From Pseudomonadota bacterium (GTDB taxonomy: Bacteria; Desulfobacterota; Desulfobacteria; Desulfobacterales; JBDRRP01), in NCBI GenBank assembly GCA_043825735.1, contig JBDRRP010000155.1, forward strand, positions 1 to 64,000: a DNA stretch of 64,000 nucleotides. Reading direction: 5' to 3'. Below the pieces are notes generated by a model that was given only the letters and a program-made list of their open reading frames with translations, was not told the origin of the DNA and did no database searches. Made by a program: the position numbers and the translations under genes. Position 1 is the first letter of the stretch, and every line of letters begins with the position of its first letter. This document shows, in pieces, positions 1-9,330 of the stretch.

Positions 1-1
1 A

Positions 2-1087
2 TCAAAAGATTATGTCGATAAAAATCTGAGACTGGTCAGGATTACCGGCTCTTTTTTCCCCATGATGGTTCTGTTTTCAAACTTAAGCCTGGCCATCGTT
101 CTTTTTCTTGGGGGACGTCAAACCATCGATTTTACCATCACCCCCGGAGATTTTGTGGCGTTTATCGCTTATCTGGGTCTTCTAACCTGGCCCATGATGG
201 CCATCGGATGGGTCACAAACCTTATCCAGCGGGGGAAAGCTTCTCTTGACAGGATCGATAAGATCATAAAGACAGAACCTGAAATTGACGATATGCCGGA
301 CGCAAGGACCATCAAAAAGACCCGCGGCGGCCTTGTTTTTGAAAATGTCTCCTTCTCATATGGGCTTGAAGCTGCCGGTCCTGACACTACCACGGTTTTA
401 ACTGCAATCGATATTAACCTCGACCATGGCAAGATTTTAGGTATCGTTGGTCCTCCCGGAAGCGGTAAATCTACTCTTTTGAGTCTCATACCAAGGATTT
501 ACGATGTCTCCCGGGGGCGCATTCTGATAGACGGCATCGACATTCGAAAAATACAGCTGGCCGATCTCAGATCCCTGATCGCTTTCATGTCACAGGAGCC
601 TTTTTTATTCGCCGGCACCATCCGGGAAAACATTACCTTCGGTGCTGATACAAAAGAGGTGGAATTGATACGGTCGACGGAAAGAGCCGTCCTTTATGAT
701 ACCATCCAATCATTTCCCGAAGGCTTTGATACCATGGTCGGCGAAAAGGGAGTCATTCTTTCCGGCGGCCAGAAACAGCGTGTTGCCCTGGCCCGGAGCC
801 TGCTGAAGGAGGCCGGCATTTTGATCCTGGACGACCCCATCAGCCAGGTGGATATGGAAACCGGCCGTGACATTATCAAGACCGTCAGATCCATGGCCGA
901 CAACAGAACCATCATTATTGCCTCCCATCGGATTTCTGCAGTCAGCTTTGCGGATCATATCATCGCCCTTGACAGGGGGCGTATGGTGGAATCCGGAACC
1001 CATACGGAATTGATGGCAAACAATCAGTACTATGCCGGAATATTTCGCCTTCAGGAAATAGAGGAGGAATTTATTAATGCAGACTGA
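2..1087 (+). CDS. ABC exporter permease/ATP-binding subunit (MdlA-like), 5'-partial
   Basis: Frame is open from the window start. TM helices, Walker A GPPGSGKS, signature LSGGQKQR, Walker B ILILDD. Confidence 0.9.
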   Translation, partial: SKDYVDKNLRLVRITGSFFPMMVLFSNLSLAIVLFLGGRQTIDFTITPGDFVAFIAYLGLLTWPMMAIGWVTNLIQRGKASLDRIDKIIKTEPEIDDMPDARTIKKTRGGLVFENVSFSYGLEAAGPDTTTVLTAIDINLDHGKILGIVGPPGSGKSTLLSLIPRIYDVSRGRILIDGIDIRKIQLADLRSLIAFMSQEPFLFAGTIRENITFGADTKEVELIRSTERAVLYDTIQSFPEGFDTMVGEKGVILSGGQKQRVALARSLLKEAGILILDDPISQVDMETGRDIIKTVRSMADNRTIIIASHRISAVSFADHIIALDRGRMVESGTHTELMANNQYYAGIFRLQEIEEEFINAD

Positions 1088-3101
1088 TTTTGGTTATTTT
1101 GAGGAAAAGCAGCTTGGAAAACCTTATGATGTAAAATTGTTAGGGCGCCTGTATCCGTATGCGAGGCCTTACAAACTGCTCTTGGGCTTATCAATTGTTC
1201 TCATTGTTGTTGTCACCCTGCTGGATCTTGCTCTGCCGTATCTAACCAAGATTGCCATCGACCGCTATATCGTGCCACAGGCAGAACCCGTGCACGGTAT
1301 GGGTCGGGATACGGCTGATCGTAACGTCAGATACCTGCGGGCTGATCTGGCGGATGCCAAAGTTGAGGCGATTGTCCAAAAATATGCAGACATCTTCAAA
1401 AGATACGAATCATTTGCCCTCGTTAAATTAGACGACCTGGAGCAATTAGAAAAAAAAGACCTGGCTGTGTTGCGCCGTAACGACCTGGCCGGGGTCAGCA
1501 TGATTGCCGCTTATTTTTTCGTGATTGTGCTGGTGACGTTTGTGCTCAACTTTGTGCAGGTTATGGTGATGGAATATACGGGGCAGATGATCATGCATGA
1601 TCTGAGGGTTCGCCTGTTTGAGCATATCCAGAGCCTGTCGGTTGCATTTTTTACCCGTAATCCCGTGGGCCGTCTCGTCACCCGGGTCACCAACGATATT
1701 CAAAACATGCAAGAACTTTTCACGTCCGTGATTGCATTTGTTTTTAATGATCTTTTTTTGCTTCTGGGAATCACCGCCGTTCTTTTAGGTATCAACTGGC
1801 AACTGGCACTTATTTCCTTTATGGTGCTCCCGGTTGTGCTGCTGGCCTCCATCCATTTTGCCGGCCAGGCCCGGGATGCTTTCAGAGTTCTCAGGATCAA
1901 GATTGCCGAGATTAATACCAAGTTTTCGGAAACCATCGGCGGCATAAAGGTTATCCAGCTCTTTTTGCAGGAGAAGGGGAACTACCGGGATTTTTCCAGA
2001 CTGAATCATGAACATTATCTGGCCGGTATGCGACAGGTCCATGTTTTTGCAGTCTTTATGCCGGTTATAGAACTTCTGGGCGCGGTAACCATAGCGATCG
2101 TAATCTATTACGGCGGCGGCAGAGTGCTGGCCGGCAGTATCAGCCTCGGAGCGTTGGTGGCCTTTATTTCCTACATGAAAATGTTTTTCAGGCCCATTCG
2201 AGACATCGCCGAAAAATATAATATCATGCAAAATGCCATGGCATCGGCTGAAAGAATTTTTTTAATTTTAGACAGTACGGCAAGGCTGCCGCAGCCTGTA
2301 CCGGCAGTCGCGCGCCTATCAATATCCGGACTTAAAACCCAAACTTGTGCAAGTGCGCCGGATAACATTACCCAAATTGCCTTAACAGATGTTTCCCTTG
2401 AATATATAAAAGGTGAAACCGTACTGAAACGGGTCTCTTTTAAAGTTTCAGCCGGCGAAACGGTTGCTTTGGTGGGACCGACCGGCTCGGGGAAAACATC
2501 GATTATAAACCTTATTACCCGGTTTTATGACCCCACATCAGGCCAGGTACTTGTCAACGGCATCGATATCAAAAACATACCCACTGCGGCCTTAAGGGAG
2601 AAAATGGCCCTGGTTATGCAGGATCCTTTTCTGTTTTCCGAAACTGTACGTGACAATATTACGCTGGGCAAAGACGGCATTTCCGAAAAAAAGATCCGGC
2701 GGCTTATCAAGGACTCAAACTGCAAAAACCTCATCGACCGATTACCCCGCGGCCTCGATACCGTTCTTGCTGAAGGCGGGATGTCAATTTCAAGCGGAGA
2801 ACGCCAGCTCATATCGATTGCACGGGCCTTGGCCCGCAACCCCGATCTTATTATTTTAGACGAAGCCACTTCATATATCGATTCGTCCACAGAACTTAAA
2901 ATCCAGGAAGCTCTTTTTAACCTGATGGCCAACCGCACATCCATTATCGTCGCCCATCGACTTTCAACCGCCCGGGGAGCCGACCGCATTATCGTGATCA
3001 ACAGAGGCCGGATCATCGAAACCGGGACGCACAACGAACTGATGCAACGGCAGGGGTTTTATTTCAGGCTGTATCAACTGCACAGCCCGAATTTTTCATG
3101 A
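1077..3101 (+). CDS. ABC exporter permease/ATP-binding subunit (MdlB-like heterodimer partner)
   Basis: TM domain, GPTGSGKT, ISSGERQ, ILDEATS. Overlaps the upstream gene by 11 nt. Confidence 0.9.
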   Translation: MQTDFGYFEEKQLGKPYDVKLLGRLYPYARPYKLLLGLSIVLIVVVTLLDLALPYLTKIAIDRYIVPQAEPVHGMGRDTADRNVRYLRADLADAKVEAIVQKYADIFKRYESFALVKLDDLEQLEKKDLAVLRRNDLAGVSMIAAYFFVIVLVTFVLNFVQVMVMEYTGQMIMHDLRVRLFEHIQSLSVAFFTRNPVGRLVTRVTNDIQNMQELFTSVIAFVFNDLFLLLGITAVLLGINWQLALISFMVLPVVLLASIHFAGQARDAFRVLRIKIAEINTKFSETIGGIKVIQLFLQEKGNYRDFSRLNHEHYLAGMRQVHVFAVFMPVIELLGAVTIAIVIYYGGGRVLAGSISLGALVAFISYMKMFFRPIRDIAEKYNIMQNAMASAERIFLILDSTARLPQPVPAVARLSISGLKTQTCASAPDNITQIALTDVSLEYIKGETVLKRVSFKVSAGETVALVGPTGSGKTSIINLITRFYDPTSGQVLVNGIDIKNIPTAALREKMALVMQDPFLFSETVRDNITLGKDGISEKKIRRLIKDSNCKNLIDRLPRGLDTVLAEGGMSISSGERQLISIARALARNPDLIILDEATSYIDSSTELKIQEALFNLMANRTSIIVAHRLSTARGADRIIVINRGRIIETGTHNELMQRQGFYFRLYQLHSPNFS

Positions 3102-3108
3102 GCAACTC

Positions 3109-3128
3109 GATGTTTTACGAATTCATCA
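3109..3128. repeat. Isolated degenerate end of the GTAAAAAGT/ACTTTTTAC MITE-like family
   Basis: GATGTTTTACGAATTCATCA resembles the ends at 15883-15900 and 16869-16890. Confidence 0.4.
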
Positions 3129-3460
3129 TTTGATGGTTTCCCGGATTTTAAGGGCCGTTATTTTTTTATCCAAAAAATTAACATATTACTTGCCAAATAA
3201 GATTGTATGTGCTTTAAGGCAGTTTTTAGTTGATGATAACATATCGCCAGTGCTTTTTAAGGTCTTTTCCAGCATAAGTGCTTGTTATCTAAAACTAAAG
3301 AAATAACCGGTCTGTCAGGGTTTTCTATTTACATGGAAACCGTCTGATGGAATATATAGGGTTCATAGCCCTATAAAATGAGTAAAGTGCAGGGAACCGT
3401 GCGGGTGATTTAGCGTTGGGTTCCCGTATCTTTTAACTTTAAATAGAGGAGGTTGAGTAG

Positions 3461-5224
3461 ATGGCTTACAATGCGGTAAAAATGGCCGACTGGCAGATTT
3501 CGGAAGCGGCCGAAGAGAACATGCCTACTCCTGAAGATTGGCGGGAGAAACTGGCACTGGAAGCGGATGAGATCCTGCCCATGGGAAGATTGTGCAAGCT
3601 GGATTTCCTTAAAATTATTAATCGGTTGAAAGACAAACCGGATGGCAAGTACATTGAAGTTACCGCCATCACCCCCACACCATTAGGTGAAGGCAAGAGC
3701 ACCACGTCCTGCGGTCTGATGGAAGGTCTCGGCAAACGCGGCAAGAATGTCGGTGGTGTTCTACGTCAGCCCTCGGGCGGCCCGACCATGAACATCAAGG
3801 GAACCGCGGCCGGCGGCGGCAACTCATTGATCATTCCCATGACCGAATTCTCCATGGGTCTGACCGGCGACATCAACGACATCATGAACGCCCACAACCT
3901 GGCCATGGTGGCCATGACTGCGCGCATGCAGCATGAGCGCAACTACAATGACGAGCAGCTGGCTCGCCTGACCAAGATGCGGCGTCTGGACATCGATCCT
4001 ACCCGCGTTGAAATGGGCTGGATCATCGACTTCTGCGCCCAGGCCCTTCGAAACATCATCATCGGCATCGGCGGACGCACCGACGGTTTCACCATGCAAA
4101 GCAAGTTCGGCATTGCCGTGGGCTCCGAGCTGATGGCCATCCTGGCCGTTGCCACCGATCTCGCCGACCTGAAAGAGCGCATCAACAACGTCACCGTCGC
4201 CTTCGACAAGAGCGGCAAGCCGGTGACCTGTCGGGATCTGGAAGTGGGCAACGCCATGGCTGCCTTCATGCGCAACACCATCAACCCGACCCTCATGTGC
4301 ACCGCTGAATACAACCCCTGCTTCGTCCACGCCGGGCCTTTTGCCAACATCGCCGTGGGCCAGAGCTCCATCATCGCCGACCGCGTGGGCCTGAAGTGCT
4401 TTGACTACCACGTGACCGAGTCCGGTTTTGCTGCAGACATCGGGTTCGAGAAATTCTGGAACGTGAAATGCCGCTTCTCCGGCCTCAAGCCCCACGTCTC
4501 CGTTTTGACCTCCACCGTTCGCGCCCTCAAGATGCACGGCGGCGGACCCAAAGTAGTCGCCGGCAAGGCACTGGATGAAGCCTACACCAAGGAGAACCTG
4601 GCCCTGGTGGAAAAGGGCTGCGAGAACATGGTCCACATGATCGGCGTCATCCGCAAGGCCGGCATCAACCCGGTGGTCTGCGTCAACCGGTTCTACACCG
4701 ACACGGACGCTGAAGTGGCCATCGTCAAGAAGGCCGCCGAGGCCGCCGGCGCGCGCTGCGCCGAGTCCAAGCACTGGGAAAAGGGCGGCGACGGCGCCCT
4801 GGAGTTCGCCGATGCCGTCATCGACGCCTGCAACGAGAAAAACGACTTCAAATTCCTCTACCCGCTGGAGATGAAGCTGCGCGATCGCGTCAATACCATC
4901 GCCACGAACGTCTACGGCGCCGACGGTGTGGACTGGGCTCCCGAAGCCAACGCCAAGGCCGAAATGCTGGAAAACGATCCCAAGTACGCGGATTTTGCCA
5001 CCATGATGGTGAAAACCCACCTGTCCCTGAGCCACGACCCGGTCAAAAAGGGCGTTCCCAAGGGCTGGCGGCTGCCCATCCGCGACGTGCTGATCTACTC
5101 CGGCGCCAAGTTCCTGTGCCCCTGCGCAGGGACCATCAGCCTCATGCCGGGCACCAGCTCCAACCCGGCGTTCCGTCGCATCGACGTGGATCCGGCCACT
5201 GGAAAGGTCAGCGGCCTGTTCTAA
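3461..5224 (+). CDS. fhs: Formate--tetrahydrofolate ligase
   Basis: [40 protein letters not shown] and [11 protein letters not shown] motifs. RBS GAGGAGG. Confidence 0.97.
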   Translation: MAYNAVKMADWQISEAAEENMPTPEDWREKLALEADEILPMGRLCKLDFLKIINRLKDKPDGKYIEVTAITPTPLGEGKSTTSCGLMEGLGKRGKNVGGVLRQPSGGPTMNIKGTAAGGGNSLIIPMTEFSMGLTGDINDIMNAHNLAMVAMTARMQHERNYNDEQLARLTKMRRLDIDPTRVEMGWIIDFCAQALRNIIIGIGGRTDGFTMQSKFGIAVGSELMAILAVATDLADLKERINNVTVAFDKSGKPVTCRDLEVGNAMAAFMRNTINPTLMCTAEYNPCFVHAGPFANIAVGQSSIIADRVGLKCFDYHVTESGFAADIGFEKFWNVKCRFSGLKPHVSVLTSTVRALKMHGGGPKVVAGKALDEAYTKENLALVEKGCENMVHMIGVIRKAGINPVVCVNRFYTDTDAEVAIVKKAAEAAGARCAESKHWEKGGDGALEFADAVIDACNEKNDFKFLYPLEMKLRDRVNTIATNVYGADGVDWAPEANAKAEMLENDPKYADFATMMVKTHLSLSHDPVKKGVPKGWRLPIRDVLIYSGAKFLCPCAGTISLMPGTSSNPAFRRIDVDPATGKVSGLF

Positions 5225-5247
5225 GCTGCAGTATACTAGGTGCCATC

Positions 5248-5284
5248 AAGGCCCGGAGGCTTTATCGCCTCCGGGCCTTTTTTT
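5248..5284 (+). terminator. Rho-independent terminator after fhs
   Basis: AAGGCCCGGAGGC-tttatc-GCCTCCGGGCCTT followed by a T run. Confidence 0.9.
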
Positions 5285-5347
5285 CTTGTTCGGTTGATGC
5301 TAATGAGAGCGGTCCCGGTCTTCGCAGTGAACAGAAGCACAGGAAGA

Positions 5348-5606
5348 TCACCACGAGAACACGGAGGGCACGGAGGACACCTAAATTTTATAGCCATTGC
5401 CATAAATTCGTTCCGTTTGCGCGACAACTCATAGTGGGCATCGAAATCGGTATCGGTATCGACTCTGGAAAACATCGATTTCGATCCCGATAGCGATCCC
5501 GACCCCGATACGATCTTGGGAATAAAGCGGAACATTATTCTGGCAAGCGCTCTAAAACGTCGTCTCTTGATTTCCTCTCCGTGATCTCCGTGTACTCCGT
5601 GGTTGA
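5348..5606. mobile_element. Three-layer nested non-autonomous inverted-repeat element
   Basis: Outer (CACGGAG)n arms at 5348-5376 and 5575-5606. Middle imperfect TIRs at 5389-5418 and 5524-5554. Inner ATCG..-hexamer arms at 5440-5514. Confidence 0.7.
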
Positions 5607-5627
5607 TTATCGGTATTCCTAAGAAAG

Positions 5628-7214
5628 ATGCTGCCCATGCGCGTTTTACTGGTCAATCCCTACTACCCCATCGACGAAACCCCCACGCCGCCACTGGGCA
5701 TTGCCTTTCTGGCCGCGGCCCTGGAGGCGGCCGGTATCGCGGTTCAGGTGCTGGACTACGTGGTCTTTCCCTACAGCCGAAAGCACCTGGCCGCCGCCAT
5801 CGACCGGTTCTGCCCGGATCTGCTGGGCGTCACCGCAGTGACCATGACCTTCGCGGCGGCCGCTACCGTGGTGGCCGATGCACGGATTGCCGCCCCGGAT
5901 CTGTTCACGGTCATGGGCGGGCCGCATGTCAGTTTTCGCGCCGAAGAAACCCTCAACGAACTTTCCGCGCTCGACGCCGTGGTGCTCGGCGAAGGCGAGC
6001 AAACCCTGGTGGCGCTAGCGCAGGCGCTTTCCGGCAACCGGAAACTGGACAGCGTGTCCGGGATGGTATTTCGCCGCGTCGACGGCGCGCTGCAGCGAAC
6101 CCCGCCGCGGCCGCTGTGCCCGGACATCAACGGGCTCCCCATGCCCGCACGCCACCTTTTGCCACTGGGCCGGTACCGGGCGCTCAACCTTTCCATCAGC
6201 ATGACCACCAGCCGAGGCTGCCCGTTCCAGTGCATCTTCTGTGTGGGAAGGAAAATGGTAGGGGCCAAAGTCCGCTACCGGGATCCGGCCGCCGTGGTGG
6301 ATGAGCTTGAGGCGATCACTGCGATGGGCTTTCCGCAGGTGAACCTGGCCGATGATCTGTTTACTGCCAATGCGGACCACTGCCACGCGGTCTGCGATGA
6401 GATTATCCGGCGCGGTCTCAAGGTCAAGTGGACCTCATTTGCTAGGGTGGATACGGTATCGGTGCCCGTTCTCAGGAAAATGAAAGCCGCCGGATGCCTG
6501 GCCGTGAGTTTCGGTCTTGAATCGGGGAGCCCGGCCATCTTGAAAACCATTCGAAAGAAAATCACAGTGGATCAGATGACGGCGGCGGCAACAATGTGCA
6601 CCACCGCCGGGGTGACGCCGCATGGCTCGTTTATCCTGGGACTTCCCGGTGAGACCGAAGCCACCGTTGCCGAAACCCTGGCACTGGGTGAAAAACTGGA
6701 GGCCATGGGGGTGGCCTATGGTTTTCATCTGCTGGCGCCCTTTCCGGGGACCGAAATCAGGGAAAAGGCGGCCGACTACGGCATCCGTATCCTGACCGAC
6801 GACTGGTCCAGATACCACGCCAACCTCAGTATCGTGGACACCGGCGGGGTGGCGCCCGAGCGCCTCGACGATATCGCCACGGGCTGGAAACGGCGCTTTG
6901 ATGCCTGGCTCGGGGACGTGGCCCGCAGAATGGATACCGGCGAGGCCGCCGAGGACGAAGCCGCCCAACTGACCAACCTGAGGCGAACGGTCGCCGTCTA
7001 CGATGCCATGATGGCCGAATGCCTGGAAAAACACGGCAGTTGGGAGGCACCGGGTGCAGTGCCTGTGGCAGCGCTCATCGACCGCGTGATGCCCCACCAG
7101 CGCCGCAGCCGCGAAGAGCTGACCGACGCCTTCACCCATGCGGCGTCCTTGGGCCTGCTTCAGCAGACCCACACGAACGGCCGCGTCACCTGGCAGTGGC
7201 GCGACTATCTCTAA
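5628..7214 (+). CDS. B12-binding-domain radical SAM protein
   Basis: N-terminal PPLGIAFLAA and MGGPHVS (cobalamin-binding domain). CxxxCxxC in RGCPFQCIFC. Start may be the ATG at 5637. Confidence 0.9.
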   Translation: MLPMRVLLVNPYYPIDETPTPPLGIAFLAAALEAAGIAVQVLDYVVFPYSRKHLAAAIDRFCPDLLGVTAVTMTFAAAATVVADARIAAPDLFTVMGGPHVSFRAEETLNELSALDAVVLGEGEQTLVALAQALSGNRKLDSVSGMVFRRVDGALQRTPPRPLCPDINGLPMPARHLLPLGRYRALNLSISMTTSRGCPFQCIFCVGRKMVGAKVRYRDPAAVVDELEAITAMGFPQVNLADDLFTANADHCHAVCDEIIRRGLKVKWTSFARVDTVSVPVLRKMKAAGCLAVSFGLESGSPAILKTIRKKITVDQMTAAATMCTTAGVTPHGSFILGLPGETEATVAETLALGEKLEAMGVAYGFHLLAPFPGTEIREKAADYGIRILTDDWSRYHANLSIVDTGGVAPERLDDIATGWKRRFDAWLGDVARRMDTGEAAEDEAAQLTNLRRTVAVYDAMMAECLEKHGSWEAPGAVPVAALIDRVMPHQRRSREELTDAFTHAASLGLLQQTHTNGRVTWQWRDYL

Positions 7215-7252
7215 TACCCGGTTGGTCGGCACCGATGCGCCGTTGGAAAATG

Positions 7253-7331
7253 AACCACGAAGTTCACGAAGGACACGAAGATTTTCAAACTCACTTGTTT
7301 TTAGGTTTTTCTTCGTGAACTTCGTGGTGAA
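7253..7331. repeat. (CACGAAG)n inverted-repeat element
   Basis: AACCACGAAGTTCACGAAGGACACGAAG ... CTTCGTGAACTTCGTGGTG. The left arm is near-identical to 16708-16735. Confidence 0.85.
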
Positions 7332-7351
7332 TATCGACAAGCGGCGGACAA

Positions 7352-8239
7352 TCAATCATCGCCGGACCAGCAGTAGGTGATGATCTTCTGGGCGATGCGG
7401 GCGGCGGTGTATTCGCTGACTTGGTTTCCGGGGATCTTGACCAATTCGACGATGTCGGCGGCAACGACGCGGGTGTGCCGGCCCAGGAGTCGGATCAGGG
7501 CCACCAGCTGGCGGTAGTCCATCCCGCCGGGTTCCGGCGTGCCGGTCCCCGGCATGACGGCCGGATCCAGGCCGTCCACGTCAATGCTGAGGTAGACCGT
7601 TTCCGGCAGCCGGTCCCTGACCCGTTCGAGCCAGCGGCCGTCATGGCCGGCCATCTCATGGGCGAAAACCGGGGCAATGGCGTTGGCCGCGAGATAGTCG
7701 CGTTCTTCGGAAGCCACGGACCGGATACCGATGGGGAGGATGGCGAGCCCCTGATCGGCCGACGCCCGTCGCATCACGCAGGCGTGGTTGTACCGGCTGC
7801 CGTTCCAGCGCTCTCTGAGATCCAGGTGGGCGTCTACCTGAACAACGGCCATCTCCGGAAATCGACGGGCGGCGGCGGCAATGGGACCGATGGACACCGC
7901 GTGGTCACCGCCCAGCGACAGGAGGCGTTTTCCGGCCGAGAGCACCGCGTCGGCGGCCGCTGCCATCTCAGCGGCCGCCTCGCGGGGCGAACCGTCGGGA
8001 TAGCGCGGGGCCTGGGTAAATATGGCCTGATCCACCCAGGGGGTCAGTGTTTGGTCATCCAGGCACTCCATCTGCCCCGATGCCTCCAGAAGGGCCAGCC
8101 CCCCTTCGCGGCATCCCGTTCCATAGCTGACGGCCCCCTCATAGCATAACGGCGCCACCACGATGCGGGCGGCCTCAAAGGCAATCGAGGCGACTTCGTC
8201 TCCCCCGAAACGGGGATATGCAGGTGCGGCGGAGGTCAT
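7352..8239 (-). CDS. speB: Agmatinase (ureohydrolase family)
   Basis: GGDHAVS, DAHLD and SIDVDGLDP..MPGTGTPEPGG motifs. Lies downstream of an arginine decarboxylase. Confidence 0.88.
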   Translation of the reverse strand: MTSAAPAYPRFGGDEVASIAFEAARIVVAPLCYEGAVSYGTGCREGGLALLEASGQMECLDDQTLTPWVDQAIFTQAPRYPDGSPREAAAEMAAAADAVLSAGKRLLSLGGDHAVSIGPIAAAARRFPEMAVVQVDAHLDLRERWNGSRYNHACVMRRASADQGLAILPIGIRSVASEERDYLAANAIAPVFAHEMAGHDGRWLERVRDRLPETVYLSIDVDGLDPAVMPGTGTPEPGGMDYRQLVALIRLLGRHTRVVAADIVELVKIPGNQVSEYTAARIAQKIITYCWSGDD

Positions 8240-8253
8240 GGCAGGATCGGCTA

Positions 8254-8485
8254 CTCATATGCCGGCTTCGCCGGCGTCGATACGCTTCGCTGTCAAATGG
8301 TCGCTACGCGACCGTCATTTGTCGGCTCCGCCGACGTCAACTGCTCGCCGCGCTCGCTGTCATATGGTCGCTGCGCTGTCAATGACGGTCGCGTAGCGGC
8401 CAAGTGACGCCCCGAAGGGGCAATTGACGTGCCGCAGGCACAATTGACGTTCGCAAAGCGAACAACTGACGCTCTTGCGGGGAGC
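8254..8485. repeat. Bipolar array of short hairpins, mostly GNA triloops, joined by GTCAnnT / AAnTGAC heptamers
   Basis: Read directly from sequence; see findings. Confidence 0.8.
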
Positions 8486-8511
8486 AAAAGATGCCGTTTA
8501 TGGATGGACAC
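8486..8511 (-). repeat. End of GTGTCC MITE-like family fused to a stop codon
   Basis: AAAAGATGCCGTTTATGGATGGACAC is similar to 11936-11961 and 37072-37096. Confidence 0.7.
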
Positions 8512-9056
8512 TATTTAACAAAAATCGCCGCTGCGAGCACGGTGGTCCACTTGCCGCCTTCGGCACCCAGACTCGCCTGGCTTGTGTGCTGACTTTTGAC
8601 GATTTTACCGGACATGCTGTAGATCTCTCTGCGCTCGTCGTAGTCCTTGTCCGGGTCGAACTCGATGCCCAGGGTATTGGCCAGCATGGAGGCGGCCAGA
8701 TCCTCTGCGTATTCCCCGGCTTCCTTTTCAGTCTGACCGAACCCGTGATGCTCCGAAAGATAGCCGTACATGCCGCTTTCTGCTGGCAGTGCAAGACCGA
8801 TGCTGGACACCAGACGCCGGCCGGGTTCCTGACTCTGCTCTCTGGCCAGGACACAATGGGTAATTTCGCCCGGCTCCAAACGCTCCAGCCCAGAGTCGAC
8901 TTCAATAATGCGGCAATGGGGCGGAAAAATCGATGAGACCTGCACGAGGTTTAGATGTGCAATACCGGCATCCCGCAACGCGTTTTCAAATGAGGCCAGT
9001 TTTTCCTTGGCGACACCGGCGCCCTTGGTGAAAAACATATAACGAGGTACGTACAT
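8511..9056 (-). CDS. pdaD: Pyruvoyl-dependent arginine decarboxylase
   Basis: [25 protein letters not shown], with the SS self-cleavage site. Also [17 protein letters not shown]. Confidence 0.88.
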   Translation of the reverse strand: MYVPRYMFFTKGAGVAKEKLASFENALRDAGIAHLNLVQVSSIFPPHCRIIEVDSGLERLEPGEITHCVLAREQSQEPGRRLVSSIGLALPAESGMYGYLSEHHGFGQTEKEAGEYAEDLAASMLANTLGIEFDPDKDYDERREIYSMSGKIVKSQHTSQASLGAEGGKWTTVLAAAIFVK

Positions 9057-9330
9057 GATGCTTGGCTCTCCTTTGCTAAGATGGGCTTATCGAAAAGGCC
9101 CGCAACAATACCGGTTCAATCGAGGTCATCGCCTGCGGTGGTAATGCACTCGGCATTGCCGAGGGCAAGCGGGCACCGTAGAATCAACCAAAATACAAAA
9201 CACCGAACACTTGATGGGTCGAAGGTCAGGTCGGTCATCAAGGCCGGCGTCGCGGAGGTGGTCAGGCCGACACTTATGGCGAAGGCCTCCGCTTGTCAAT
9301 ACAAAGTACGCAAAGCGCTGTGATCCATCC

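Noticed and set aside
1..3101. More AT-rich ABC exporter pair as a foreign island
   Set aside because: The composition difference was judged by eye only. These are common genes with no integrase, tRNA or boundary repeat.
3102..3460. THF or ZTP riboswitch upstream of fhs
   Set aside because: Only simple hairpins are present (TATAGGG..CCCTATA, GGGAACC..GGTTCCC). I could not find the conserved riboswitch cores; an Rfam scan would settle it.
3824..5035. Long antisense ORFs (also 37076-38830, 54976-56286, 40236-41309, 12603-13544 and others)
   Set aside because: Shadow frames opposite well-supported genes in GC-rich DNA, with no recognisable motifs.
8254..8485. CRISPR array or guanidine-II riboswitch
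   Set aside because: The constant part is only 7 nt and flips orientation, and there are no cas genes. The loops are GNA/TNC triloops, not ACGR tetraloops.
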